Part shown: positions 1-9,575 of the stretch, in pieces
Layout: each line of letters opens with the position of its first letter
Position numbering within the stretch: position 1 is the first letter of the stretch
NCBI GenBank assembly: GCA_017481035.1
Contig: JAFUQI010000060.1
Span: 159-64,158, forward strand
DNA: 64,000 nucleotides
Source: Alphaproteobacteria bacterium
GTDB taxonomy: Bacteria > Pseudomonadota > Alphaproteobacteria > RUG11792
Direction of reading: 5' to 3'
Position numbers and translations under genes: made by a program
The notes under the pieces: model-generated
What the model was told of the DNA's origin: nothing
Seen by the model: only the letters and a program-made list of their open reading frames with translations
Database searches by the model: none

Positions 1-207
1 AAGATCTCTAAAGGTAAGAAGGTTACTATAACAGGATCTAAACCTTTATATATAGATAGTAATATAAATGTATATGGTAGAGTTATATTCAATACTCCTG
101 TTAAAGGTAAGGGTAGTATTACTATATATCCAGGAGGATCTTATAGATGTTCTAAACCTATAGGTATTAAGGTTATTAATAAAGGAGGTAAGATAGTGTT
201 TAAGTAA
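1..207 (+). CDS. C-terminal end of a secreted repeat protein (partial, runs off the left edge); paralog of 52067-54556 and 63230-64000
   Basis: Frame 1 is open from base 1 to TAA at 205-207 (...VTITGSKPLYIDSNINVYGRVIFNTPVKGKGSITIYPGGSYRCSKPIGIKVINKGGKIVFK). The Cys...GIKV...VF tail resembles the ECQY...TGIKFINKTVNITVEF and DCTY...TGIKFDGDRDHVVFVL modules of the 601-aa ORF. A hairpin terminator follows. Confidence 0.55.
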   Translation, partial: KISKGKKVTITGSKPLYIDSNINVYGRVIFNTPVKGKGSITIYPGGSYRCSKPIGIKVINKGGKIVFK

Positions 208-240
208 GAGAAAGCCTATTTATAGGCTTTCTTTTGTGTT
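208..240 (+). terminator. Rho-independent terminator between the convergent partial CDS and recN
   Basis: gagAAAGCCTAtttaTAGGCTTTctt stem followed by a TTTTGTGTT run. The stem is palindromic, so it could act in both directions. Confidence 0.6.
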
Positions 241-325
241 GGGGGGGTGTTGGTTGGTAATACAACCAATCAAATACGCATAGGATGTAGATGAGCTAAC
301 GATAAAATACCGTAGATAACAATGT

Positions 326-1951
326 TTAATCAACTATTAATTTTCTAGCAGTTTCCAATGCTTCATTATTGATTGATTTTCCTGAAATCATTCGAGCTAT
401 CTCTTGAAGTTTATCTGATTCAGACAAAATCTCAGCATTAACAACGGCTATTGATTTTTGAAAACTTTTCTGTATTTTTATATGTTGATTTGATTTGGCT
501 GCAACCTGAGGAGAGTGAGTAATTGAAATTACTTGTATCGTTTCGGCAAGGTTTCTCATCTCGATTCCCATTGAATATGCGGCTAATCCACCTATACCAA
601 TATCAATCTCGTCAAAAATTATCGTTTTGGCGTTGAGGGTTTTGCCGACTACAACTTTTAAAGCAAAATTTAATCTGGCTAATTCACCTCCAGATGCTGT
701 AGTTTTAATCGAATTAAATACTGAAGATGTGTTATTAAAATTTGCCATAAAGTCTATAAAATTTTTGCCTTCCTGTGTTTCAACACTATCCGACTCTGCA
801 ACAAATATCTTAAAAACTGCATTTTGAAGCATAAGCTTTGGTAAAAGTTCATTTATTAAGTTTGAGAGATGTTCCGCGGCCTGAGCTCTATAGGAAGTTA
901 GAATTCCTGCATATTTCTCGTATTCTGTTTTTGCCTTGTCGTAATCATCTTGTAAGCTATTTAGTTTGTCTGAAAAGTCTTTGGAAATATTTAATTTATT
1001 TTTTATTTCAAGTAAAAATTCATACAATATACCAGGCGAAACGTTATACTTTCTTGCAAGTGTACGTATCGTTGACAATCGATCATCTATTTCTTGTAGC
1101 TTTTTAGTGGCGTCTTCGCCTTCAGATGAGATTGACAGTAACTCTGATGAAATATCTGCTAATTCGATTGATATCGCGTCAATTCTTTCGCTTAAGCTTG
1201 CTATAGAAACATCATCGACCCTTGACAGGTATTTTGATATCAATGCAAATTTGTTGTCAGCATTTATTGCATTCATTATATCTGCAGATCGCTTAATTGC
1301 CTCAATATTAGATGAAAGTTTTGCAATTTTTATTCTTGATTCAAGTAAAGTTGTTTCTTCATTTATTTGTATATTCGTATCTTCCAATTCTTTTGCTGCT
1401 TGCAAAAAATATTCCTTATCGCGTTCAATTAATTTTGCATCATCTTTTATTTTTTGAAGTTCTTTTTCTATATCCTTTAATGTAATGAACGTATTTCTAA
1501 CTTTGTTTAATACATCTAGAGAATCCTTATTAATCGAACTCATAAATCTATCCAACAAAATAAGTTGATCTTCGCTTTTTCTTATTGTGTCAAGTTGTCC
1601 TGTTATATCTACGATATCGTTAAAAATCTCTTTCAAATGCTTAACACTTGCGTTAAGTTCGTTTATATACACTGAAGATTTGCCGTTTTTGTCTATAACC
1701 CGTTTTATTGAGTGTATTGGATTTCCAATGCTATCATATTGATCTTTAAAGCACAGCTCTACAGATGTTGTTAAATCTTTGTTTTTTTGTATATCCTTGC
1801 TAGATAAATTTCCAAAACAAAATTTTATCGCATCTATGATAATTGATTTTCCAGCACCAGTTTCTCCTGTAATCACATTAAAATCTTTCGAAAAATTTAC
1901 TTCTAATTCGTCTATAATTATAAAGTTAGTTATCGATATTGTTGTAAGCAC
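326..1951 (-). CDS. recN: DNA repair protein RecN
   Basis: 541 aa. Has N-terminal Walker A GETGAGKS, a long coiled-coil middle, a C-terminal SMC/ABC signature ASGGELARLNFALK and Walker B IIFDEIDIGIGG. Confidence 0.9.
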   Translation of the reverse strand: MLTTISITNFIIIDELEVNFSKDFNVITGETGAGKSIIIDAIKFCFGNLSSKDIQKNKDLTTSVELCFKDQYDSIGNPIHSIKRVIDKNGKSSVYINELNASVKHLKEIFNDIVDITGQLDTIRKSEDQLILLDRFMSSINKDSLDVLNKVRNTFITLKDIEKELQKIKDDAKLIERDKEYFLQAAKELEDTNIQINEETTLLESRIKIAKLSSNIEAIKRSADIMNAINADNKFALISKYLSRVDDVSIASLSERIDAISIELADISSELLSISSEGEDATKKLQEIDDRLSTIRTLARKYNVSPGILYEFLLEIKNKLNISKDFSDKLNSLQDDYDKAKTEYEKYAGILTSYRAQAAEHLSNLINELLPKLMLQNAVFKIFVAESDSVETQEGKNFIDFMANFNNTSSVFNSIKTTASGGELARLNFALKVVVGKTLNAKTIIFDEIDIGIGGLAAYSMGIEMRNLAETIQVISITHSPQVAAKSNQHIKIQKSFQKSIAVVNAEILSESDKLQEIARMISGKSINNEALETARKLIVD

Positions 1952-2187
1952 AAGAGAATCTCAGGCACATTATAATACAAAAACATTTTACACAATTTAC
2001 ATGTTTCCATGCAATTTTCTTCATCACAATAAATGCCACCTGTAAAGCTGGCACTAACAAGCACCTTAACAACTAATAAGTTTTAGTAAGAAGAAAAACC
2101 AGTCGTTGCATTGATAATGATAAACTTCTAGATACCTAAACAATACAAGCGTTGATAGGCATTACGATAACAATGTATTGATAGCAT

Positions 2188-2245
2188 GTGGCGTCAAGCG
2201 CCATTCACAGCCGCATGCCTATGCGCGATACAATAAATCGATATA
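2188..2245 (+). repeat. GC-rich hairpin module with a tgcctatgcgc..caata tail (intergenic repeat family)
   Basis: gtggcgtcaagcgccattcacagccgcatgcctatgcgcgatacaata. The same module type recurs at 2563-2605, 41896-41947, 44352-44400, 45049-45097 and 58706-58750. Confidence 0.7.
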
Positions 2246-2268
2246 CTAGCCATAGTACCAACATCTTA

Positions 2269-2605
2269 CCTAAGCCACCTTAACTTCGTAAGAAGTGAAC
2301 CAGTTGCGGTCGCAGCGCGACAGCCGTACTACAACAACTATATATAAACAAACATATAAGACTACTACTATATTATTTTTGAAAAAGTATTGTAGTATCA
2401 CATCGTTTCTTACTGATAATATATAACATTATGTAAGCTTAATGTTTAATGCGTCTCGGTATAGGACGATATTTAAAGCCGGCCGCGCCTCGCGTATTTT
2501 CAGCGGCCGGCTTATGAAAGAATAAGCATCCTATAACGTTTTATAATCATTAAGCATGCCGTGAAAATGGCGCTTTGCGCCGCATGCCTATGCATAATGC
2601 AATAA
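2269..2605 (+). repeat. Left copy of a composite repeat of about 337 bp; inverted partner at 58706-59042
   Basis: By-eye alignment to the reverse complement of 58706-59042 shows roughly 15 differences. One central stretch, of which I checked well over 100 bp, is identical (cggtcgcagcgcgacagccgtactacaacaactatatataaacaaacatataagactac...). It contains the GCCGGCCGC...GCGGCCGGC and GGCGCtttGCGCC hairpins. Confidence 0.85.
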
Positions 2606-2699
2606 TTACAACACGTTATAATTAGCCTGACTATAGTGATTTTCATTGTTTTTGTTAACTGTACCATTAAGACAGTGTAAAACTACTATATCAGTAGTT

Positions 2700-3371
2700 T
2701 TACATTACAATTAATTTGCCATTTTTAATACGAACGATCTTATCCATCTGCGTCGCAAGTTCAACATTATGTGTTGCAACTAATAAAGATGTTTTTTTGT
2801 TTTTAAGAATTTTGATGAAAAGTTCAAATATTTTAGATGCGTTTTCTGGATCTAAATTTCCAGTTGGCTCATCTGCAATCACGAGTTTCGGATCATTAGC
2901 TAAACTACGAGCTATTGCTATTCTTTGACGTTCACCACCTGAAAGTTGATTTGTCTTATGATTAAGCCTGTGACTCATGCTAACTTCACATATAAGTTCC
3001 TCTGCTTTTTTCTTTGCATTTTTAAAGGTTTTGCCATTAATTATCTGGGGCATTATAACGTTTTCCAAAGCTGTAAAGTCTGGAAGCAAGTTATGAAATT
3101 GATACACGAATCCTAATGTGTTGCAACGTAATTTTGTCTTGTCATTATCAGACATTTTTTTTGTATTTATTCCATTAAAGATTACATCACCAGACGTTGC
3201 TGAATCTAGAAGTGATGCAATATGTAAAAGCGTCGATTTTCCAGATCCGCTTTGTCCAAGAAGAGCTAAACTTATTCCTTCTCTTATTGATAAGTTTACA
3301 CCATCTAAAATCTGAATTTCTGTAGCAGCGGTCCTATATGATTTTTTTATATCTTTTAATTCTAATATCAT
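2700..3371 (-). CDS. lolD: Lipoprotein-releasing ABC transporter ATP-binding protein LolD
   Basis: 223 aa. Has Walker A GQSGSGKST, signature LSGGERQR and Walker B LVIADEPTGNLD. Overlaps the rnc stop by 4 nt. Confidence 0.75.
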   Translation of the reverse strand: MILELKDIKKSYRTAATEIQILDGVNLSIREGISLALLGQSGSGKSTLLHIASLLDSATSGDVIFNGINTKKMSDNDKTKLRCNTLGFVYQFHNLLPDFTALENVIMPQIINGKTFKNAKKKAEELICEVSMSHRLNHKTNQLSGGERQRIAIARSLANDPKLVIADEPTGNLDPENASKIFELFIKILKNKKTSLLVATHNVELATQMDKIVRIKNGKLIVM

Positions 3372-4012
3372 GGTAAGTTTCCAAGTTTTTTTAGCATTTC
3401 TAATGCCGCTACAGTTTCTGCTTCTTTTTTAGATCGGCCTGTAGTAACTATCTCAGAACCTAAAGCTGTAAGTTGCACAGTAAATGTCAGCGAATGCTGA
3501 GGCCCATTCATTGATATCACTTTATATTCCGGCAATTCTCCGCTCTTTTTTTGAACAATCTCTTGCAATCTTGTCTTTGGTTCTTGGAGGTTTTCTTGAT
3601 AGCTTAATAATATATTTTGCCACATATTTAAAACTATCGATTTTGCCGTATTGTAATCAGAGTCAAGTAATATTGCTCCAATAATAGCTTCCATCGCATC
3701 TGCAAGAACAGTTTTGTTATTTTTTAATTCTTTGTGAGCTGTTTGTATCTTTTGATGTATACCAATACGTGTAGCTACTTCACAACAAGAATCAGCACAA
3801 ACCGCAGCCGCGTGACGTCTTGATAGTTTGCCTTCTGGTTCCTTAAATTTATCATAAATATACTCTGCTATAATCAGTCCTAAGACTCTATCTCCAAGGA
3901 ACTCTAAACGTTCAAAATCTTTTGATTTCTTTATGCTGGAATGATGTAACGCAGCAGAAATCAACATTTTGTCTTTAAATGTATAATTTAAATTATTTTC
4001 TATGGTTTTCAT
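3368..4012 (-). CDS. rnc: Ribonuclease III
   Basis: 214 aa. Has the RNase III signature ERLEFLGDRVLG and a C-terminal dsRNA-binding domain. Sits in the canonical lepB-rnc order. Confidence 0.9.
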   Translation of the reverse strand: MKTIENNLNYTFKDKMLISAALHHSSIKKSKDFERLEFLGDRVLGLIIAEYIYDKFKEPEGKLSRRHAAAVCADSCCEVATRIGIHQKIQTAHKELKNNKTVLADAMEAIIGAILLDSDYNTAKSIVLNMWQNILLSYQENLQEPKTRLQEIVQKKSGELPEYKVISMNGPQHSLTFTVQLTALGSEIVTTGRSKKEAETVAALEMLKKLGNLP

Positions 4013-4767
4013 TTTATCAATGTTGGAATGCGCTCATATCTAATCGAAAATGGCCATTTTAAAACTTCGAACAATGAACAGCTAGACGAAAAGAATATAA
4101 GTTCTGCGCGTCCCATAATTCTATCTTCAGGAACATAGCCGACACCTTCCAAAACGCGGCTATCCTTTGAGTTATCTCTATTGTCTCCCATCATAAAATA
4201 GTGTCCTTCTGGGACATAGTACGGACCAACGTTATCTAACATACCTTTTCCAAACTCTTCTCTTTTGATCATTACATGTTCTCCTCCGTCTGGAAACTTT
4301 TCTGTATACTTTTGATAAACGGTATATTGTCCTCGATCTATAATTGAAAATTCCCCTTCTGATTTTAATTCAACAGGCTTGTCATTAATATGCAAAACTC
4401 CTTGTATGATCTCTATTTTTTCTCCAGGCATACCGACTATTCTTTTGACGTAATTGTTGTTGTTATCTAAAGGATTTCTAAAGACAGCAACATCTCCTCT
4501 TTGTGGTTTTTTGAATCCTAAAATTCTTTCTTTTATTTTTGGAAGTGGAAATGTAAAGTTACCTATCCTAAATGAATCATTCGAGTATCCATAGCAGAAT
4601 TTATTAACTACAAGAAAATCACCAACAAGCAATGTCGGTATCATTGAGCCAGAAGGAATTTTAAATGGCTGATAAAGAAAACAACTTATAGTAACGAACG
4701 TTCCGATAACTACTATCCATTCCTTTAGATTTTTCCATATCTTTTCTTTGAAATTATGCATCGACAT
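4009..4767 (-). CDS. lepB: Signal peptidase I
   Basis: 252 aa. Has an N-terminal TM helix and S26 motifs SGSMIPTL, RGDVAVF and GDNRDNSKDSR. Confidence 0.9.
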   Translation of the reverse strand: MSMHNFKEKIWKNLKEWIVVIGTFVTISCFLYQPFKIPSGSMIPTLLVGDFLVVNKFCYGYSNDSFRIGNFTFPLPKIKERILGFKKPQRGDVAVFRNPLDNNNNYVKRIVGMPGEKIEIIQGVLHINDKPVELKSEGEFSIIDRGQYTVYQKYTEKFPDGGEHVMIKREEFGKGMLDNVGPYYVPEGHYFMMGDNRDNSKDSRVLEGVGYVPEDRIMGRAELIFFSSSCSLFEVLKWPFSIRYERIPTLIK

Positions 4768-4999
4768 TTTTATGTTTAATAATCTATAAAATTATTTTAA
4801 CATTCATTTAATTTTCAGCAAGTTTTTTATCAAACCTTAAAGCCTATATCATTCTTTTTTGAAAGCACTAAATCAATGTACAAGTTATAATACGCCAACA
4901 AAAAATAATATTTAGTGTATGTTTATTCAATATAATAATTTTATCATTAACTTAAATGAACAATATTTAATACAGAAATAAACCTGCCGCAAACGTTTA

Positions 5000-5026
5000 T
5001 GCAAAAGCAACAAACTTGCTTTTGCA
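5000..5026. promoter_or_regulatory. Perfect 11-bp inverted repeat (TGCAAAAGCAA-caaac-TTGCTTTTGCA) upstream of the M48 peptidase gene
   Basis: Read directly. It lies in the divergent lepB/M48 intergenic region, about 48 nt before the ATG at 5074, and has no flanking T-run. Confidence 0.35.
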
Positions 5027-5073
5027 GAGTTCATCGATTAGACTCTTATATATGATGCTATTTATAATGCTAT

Positions 5074-6396
5074 ATGTTGCTTGTAAAGAAAATTATTTTT
5101 TTTATATTAATTTCATTTGCATCTTTTTGTTATGGTAGCTTGCTGTGCGATGAAGAATCAGAGATATTTTTAACCGATATTGTAAATGAGTTAAAAGGTG
5201 CACTAAAATACAAGCAAAAAATAAATATATATATTTTAAACGACAAAACACTAAATGCAGCAGCAACTGAAAATGGTGATATTGTTGTAAATGCTGGAGC
5301 AATTATAAATTGCAAAGACGTCAAAGAGCTAATAGCTATACTAGCTCACGAAGTTTCTCACATTTCCGGATGCCATATAGCTAACTTCTCATCACATATC
5401 AATACATTTTCAAAAGCAGGACTCGTTCCGGCTGTAATTGGAGCAATCGCTTCTGTCGTTGCAGCAAATCCAGCACCTTTGATGTTCGGAGCAATGACTG
5501 GAGAAACTGTAACCCAAAAACTTGCCTTTAGCAATCTTAGACAAAAAGAAAACATAGCAGATACCAAAGCTGTTGAGGCGGTTACGATTTTGGGATGGCC
5601 AGTAATGGAAGGATACGTAACACTTTATGAAAAATTTGAATCTCAATCTATAATGTATAATGAATACTTTTCAACACACCCACTATCAAGTTCAAGATTG
5701 TCAAAAGCAAAAAATGCAGCCCAGAAGGAAAAACAGAAAAATTTTTCAACTGAATCTCAAAATAAAATCAAACATCTGGAAGAGCGCTTTAAAGTTATAA
5801 AAGAAAAAATCAAAGCATTAACCTTATCACCTGAAGAGTCGTTTCAGCTATATAACAAAACAAACGCAAATGAATATGCAAAGGCTATATCATTATATAT
5901 AAACAAAAAATATACAGACTCTATTGGCATATGCGATAAGTTGCTAAAAAACTCACCGACTAATTTTATACATATAGCAGAAATCAAGTGCTTAAACATG
6001 ATAGCAACAAATCAGACGAAAGAGGCTCAAACATTTGCTTACAAAACACTGCAAAATTCAAAAAGACATTATCGCGATTTGGGAATGATATTCGCTGAAA
6101 CTATCATACAAAACAACAATACAAAGTTATTAAAGTTTGCAATATCGTATATTGAAAAGCTAAGTAACATATACAGCGATGATCCATCAATTATTAATAT
6201 GCTTGGGAACCTGTATTCAATATCCAAAGAAGATGACAAATCAAGCTTATGCTTGGCAAAAACATATATGATGATAGGTGATATAGAAACAGCAAAAGTT
6301 CATGCCAACAAAACGTTAAAATCGCCTAAAAGCCAAATAAAACAACAAGCTATGGACATTTTAAATGAAATATCACAAATGCAACAGGCTGCGTAA
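5074..6396 (+). CDS. Periplasmic M48-family Zn metalloprotease with a TPR-like C-terminal domain (BepA/YfgC-like)
   Basis: 440 aa. Has a signal peptide, the HExxH motif in LAHEVSHISGCH, and a helical-repeat C-terminal half. Confidence 0.7.
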   Translation: MLLVKKIIFFILISFASFCYGSLLCDEESEIFLTDIVNELKGALKYKQKINIYILNDKTLNAAATENGDIVVNAGAIINCKDVKELIAILAHEVSHISGCHIANFSSHINTFSKAGLVPAVIGAIASVVAANPAPLMFGAMTGETVTQKLAFSNLRQKENIADTKAVEAVTILGWPVMEGYVTLYEKFESQSIMYNEYFSTHPLSSSRLSKAKNAAQKEKQKNFSTESQNKIKHLEERFKVIKEKIKALTLSPEESFQLYNKTNANEYAKAISLYINKKYTDSIGICDKLLKNSPTNFIHIAEIKCLNMIATNQTKEAQTFAYKTLQNSKRHYRDLGMIFAETIIQNNNTKLLKFAISYIEKLSNIYSDDPSIINMLGNLYSISKEDDKSSLCLAKTYMMIGDIETAKVHANKTLKSPKSQIKQQAMDILNEISQMQQAA

Positions 6397-6400
6397 AGAA

Positions 6401-7024
6401 CTAAGAGGAGTGGCTAAATATATCATAGTTTTCTCCAACCATAAGATCTAATTTTATCCTTGTGCTTAGAAAGTAAAAACAAGCCTTTGCTATATCTAAA
6501 CGATTTTCTCTAACCAGCATCGAATCTAGAATATCCTTAATCTTATGAAGATAAAGAACATCATTTGCCGCATACTGTTTTTGTTCTTCCGTTAAATCTT
6601 GTTTGCCCCAATCTGTACACGTTTGTTCTTTGCTAATCTCGATATTTAATAATTCTTTGCAAAGCTCTAAAAGGCTGTGTTTTTGCGTATATGTCCTTGA
6701 TAGTTTTGAGGCAATCTTTGTGCAATATACGTTAGTAGTCATAAATCCAAGATATTTAAAGATCATCATCATATCAAACCTTGCATAATGAAAGATTTTT
6801 AAAATCGAATTGTCTTCAAGTATTTTTTGTATATTTTTAGCTTTGTCGAATGTGTCAAATTGAACAAGCGCTACTTTTCCGTATTCATCTGCAAACTGAG
6901 CTAAACATAACCTGTCTCTATAAGGACAAAGTCCCATCGTTTCCGTATCTATAGCAAAGCTTTTTTTGCTTTCTATAAATTCTAAAGGCAAATCATTTTT
7001 GTATAATTTTATTGTCATAAACAT
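6401..7024 (-). CDS. Short RNase D-type 3'-5' exonuclease (DEDDy)
   Basis: 207 aa. Carries the motifs AIDTET, HYARFD and YAANDVLYL. Confidence 0.75.
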   Translation of the reverse strand: MFMTIKLYKNDLPLEFIESKKSFAIDTETMGLCPYRDRLCLAQFADEYGKVALVQFDTFDKAKNIQKILEDNSILKIFHYARFDMMMIFKYLGFMTTNVYCTKIASKLSRTYTQKHSLLELCKELLNIEISKEQTCTDWGKQDLTEEQKQYAANDVLYLHKIKDILDSMLVRENRLDIAKACFYFLSTRIKLDLMVGENYDIFSHSS

Positions 7025-7070
7025 CTCCTAAAAAATGAAAGATTTTCAAAAATTGAATATTTTTATTGGT

Positions 7071-7145
7071 AAAAAAATTTGATGCGTTGAACAACTATGC
7101 GTGCAACAATGCGAAGCATAGAAAACTGACTCAACATCTTTTTTA
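7071..7145 (-). terminator. Nested stem-loop flanked by A7 and T6 runs; candidate bidirectional intrinsic terminator about 205 nt after the HD-domain gene
   Basis: aaaaaaattt-GATGcGTTGA...CTATGC..GCATAG...TCAACATC-tttttt. The outer and inner stems were read directly. Confidence 0.4.
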
Positions 7146-7349
7146 AGATTAACATAGTTCTGCATTATTGTCAAGCCCCTTCATTGAAGGACACTGACAT
7201 AAGTTCACTTCATTAGGCATTATTTTTCGAACATTTTTCAAAAAACATGATGGTAGACGGATTGTTCCACTTATGTGAAATCTGACTTATGTTATATAAA
7301 TTTATATAATATTAATTATAAATACACATTTTATTAAAAACTTTGTTAT

Positions 7350-7928
7350 TTAGACACATAACAAATCGTATATATTAGTTTGTGTATACTTGTCGAATTT
7401 GTTTTTTATTTTATTTAATTTTGTCGAATAGCACTTTACTAATTCATCTTTAGGAATGTTATAAGTTTTTAAATACCAATCAAGTTTTTCTTCGAATTTA
7501 ACATACCCATCAATAGTTGATATTTTGTCGCAAAACTGTATAAGTTCGATATAGTCATTTGTCTTAATAGTCTTTAGTATATCAAATACTTTATCTGCCT
7601 CACTTTTATCGTTATGACAATAATGTAAAACATGCTCATAAAGATCAAGGTTAGGAAAACCATGAGTTATACATATGATAGCAATATCTTGATGCTTTTC
7701 TTTCGACAATTCGTAGCCAATTCGCGGATGCTTGTACGATTCTTCTTTCGAAAGATAAAACTTTCCTATATCGTGCATTAAGCCCATGTTATAAGCGATA
7801 TCTTGATCAAGCGATGACGTCTTACTTGCTATTATTTTTGCTGCATTTGCAACCATTTTTGAATGATTAAGTGTCTTTATGTTTTTTTCTGTTTGGTCCC
7901 AATTTTCAGGAAGATATGAATGTATCAT
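7350..7928 (-). CDS. HD-domain metal-dependent phosphohydrolase
   Basis: 192 aa with an HD motif in GLMHDIGK. Its start overlaps the mlaF stop by 1 nt. Confidence 0.6.
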   Translation of the reverse strand: MIHSYLPENWDQTEKNIKTLNHSKMVANAAKIIASKTSSLDQDIAYNMGLMHDIGKFYLSKEESYKHPRIGYELSKEKHQDIAIICITHGFPNLDLYEHVLHYCHNDKSEADKVFDILKTIKTNDYIELIQFCDKISTIDGYVKFEEKLDWYLKTYNIPKDELVKCYSTKLNKIKNKFDKYTQTNIYDLLCV

Positions 7929-8689
7929 TATTTAGTATCAGTAAATGGACCATGTGGCGACCCGCTAATGAACTGTTTAACATAAAGGTCATCTGTTGTA
8001 AATAAGCTTTTATTTGTTCCTTCCCATATTATTTTGCCTTTATGTAGAAGTCCTACTCGATCGCTTATATGTTTTAGGCTATTTATATCGTGCGTAATTG
8101 TTATAGCTGTTAAACCTAGTTCTTTCGTACATTTTGTTATTAGTTCATTAATTGTTCCGCTAGTTATCGGGTCAAGGCCTGTTGTTGGTTCATCAAAAAA
8201 TATAATATCAGGTTTAGTCGCTATTGCTCTTGCTAATGCAACCCTTTTTTTCATACCGCCAGAGAGTTCTTCTGGATATATTTTTGCTATACTTTCATCA
8301 AGGTTTACAGCCTCTAGTTTTTCAATTGCAATCTTGTAGGCTTCTTTTTTGGGCGTACCATAACCATGAATAAGACCAAACGCGACATTATCTATAACAG
8401 TTAAACTATCAAATAGAGCTCCACCCTGATATAATATTCCACACTTTAATAAAAGTTTTTGTGCCGTTCTTTGTGATACGTTATATAAATTTTTTCCGTT
8501 TATCTTTACAATGCCAGTATCTGGTTTAATTAAATTTAGTATACATTTTATTAAAACAGATTTGCCTGATCCAGATCCACCTATTATTACATATGACTCC
8601 CCTTGCAAAATTTGAAGATTTATATCAGATAAAACCTGTTTTGTTCCAAACGACCTTGCTAGATTTTCAACCTCTAAAACGTAACTCAT
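7928..8689 (-). CDS. mlaF: Phospholipid (Mla) ABC transporter ATP-binding protein
   Basis: Has Walker A GGSGSGKS, signature LSGGMKKRVALARA and Walker B FFDEPTTGLD. I moved the start to the ATG at 8689 (MSYVLEVENL) because it is preceded by GGAGGTATAAA. Confidence 0.8.
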   Translation of the reverse strand: MSYVLEVENLARSFGTKQVLSDINLQILQGESYVIIGGSGSGKSVLIKCILNLIKPDTGIVKINGKNLYNVSQRTAQKLLLKCGILYQGGALFDSLTVIDNVAFGLIHGYGTPKKEAYKIAIEKLEAVNLDESIAKIYPEELSGGMKKRVALARAIATKPDIIFFDEPTTGLDPITSGTINELITKCTKELGLTAITITHDINSLKHISDRVGLLHKGKIIWEGTNKSLFTTDDLYVKQFISGSPHGPFTDTK

Positions 8690-8699
8690 TTTATACCTC

Positions 8700-9476
8700 C
8701 TAGAACAAAACAAATGTCAATACACAGTCAAGCAAAAGAATAATTATAGAAGAAGAAACAACTGAATTTGTGGTTGAGCGTCCAACACCTTCTGCACCTC
8801 CTTTTGAATTGTAACCATGGTAACATCCCATCAGGCATATCATAAATCCAAAAACTGCACCTTTAATTAATCCTGATATTACGTCCCAATTATCCATAGC
8901 CATAAATGTGTTATGAATATAGTTTGCTGCGTTAAAGTCAAGATAATAAACACCAACTAGATACCCTCCAAGTATGCCTATGATATCATAGACAAAAACA
9001 AGAAAGGGCAGAAAAATTGTTCCTGTTATAATCCTTGGGAAGACAAGATATTTATAAGAGTTAACAGATAATGTTTTTAATGCATCTATTTGTTCAGTTA
9101 CCTTCATAGTCCCTATTTCTGCAGTCATTGAAGCGCCAAGTCGTCCAGCAACCATCAATGCTGTTAAAACAGGACCAAGTTCTCTTGTCATTGCGATCAT
9201 AACAACAGCAGGGATTGCGTTTTCTGCTGTAAAGTCGGAGAACCCAGCATAGCATTGAAGTGTTAAAGCTATTCCTGTAAAGATAGCTGTCATACCTATA
9301 ACTGGCACAGAAAAGTATCCAATTTGAATGGCTTGATTTATTATTTGTTTAAAATAATATGGAGGCATAGCGCCAGAGAAAATGCTTCTTGAAAAAAACG
9401 TTGAAACACTGCCGATTGAAGAAAGGAACGACAAAAACATGCGCCCTACCTTTGCAAGGGCTTCAAACACAAACAT
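8700..9476 (-). CDS. mlaE: Mla/Ttg2 ABC transporter permease
   Basis: 258 aa multi-pass membrane protein directly upstream of mlaF. The length and layout are typical of MlaE. Confidence 0.75.
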   Translation of the reverse strand: MFVFEALAKVGRMFLSFLSSIGSVSTFFSRSIFSGAMPPYYFKQIINQAIQIGYFSVPVIGMTAIFTGIALTLQCYAGFSDFTAENAIPAVVMIAMTRELGPVLTALMVAGRLGASMTAEIGTMKVTEQIDALKTLSVNSYKYLVFPRIITGTIFLPFLVFVYDIIGILGGYLVGVYYLDFNAANYIHNTFMAMDNWDVISGLIKGAVFGFMICLMGCYHGYNSKGGAEGVGRSTTNSVVSSSIIILLLDCVLTFVLF

Positions 9477-9575
9477 TCAAGTTCTCAATATAAAAAACAC
9501 CACTACTATATATAATAGCACATTTTTTTACCGTACAGGAAGAATAAAAAGCATCGTTTATTATTCTCTTTTACG

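Noticed and set aside
966-1457. 163-aa plus-strand ORF (with 627-827, 838-1107 and 1779-2045) inside recN
   Set aside because: It is antisense to a well-supported recN ORF. Its low-complexity Ser/Ile/Phe-rich translation is typical of shadow ORFs in AT-rich DNA.
2300-2335. Group II intron domain-V-like string (agccgtac) and GNRA hairpins in the repeat
   Set aside because: There is no complementary partner forming the 34-nt domain V helix, no IEP/reverse transcriptase ORF and no intron boundary motifs.
2040-2640. Possible CRISPR array, given the many short GC-rich repeats
   Set aside because: The repeats are palindromic hairpins of different types, irregularly spaced, in both orientations and scattered over many intergenic regions. 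There is no direct-repeat/spacer periodicity and no cas gene.
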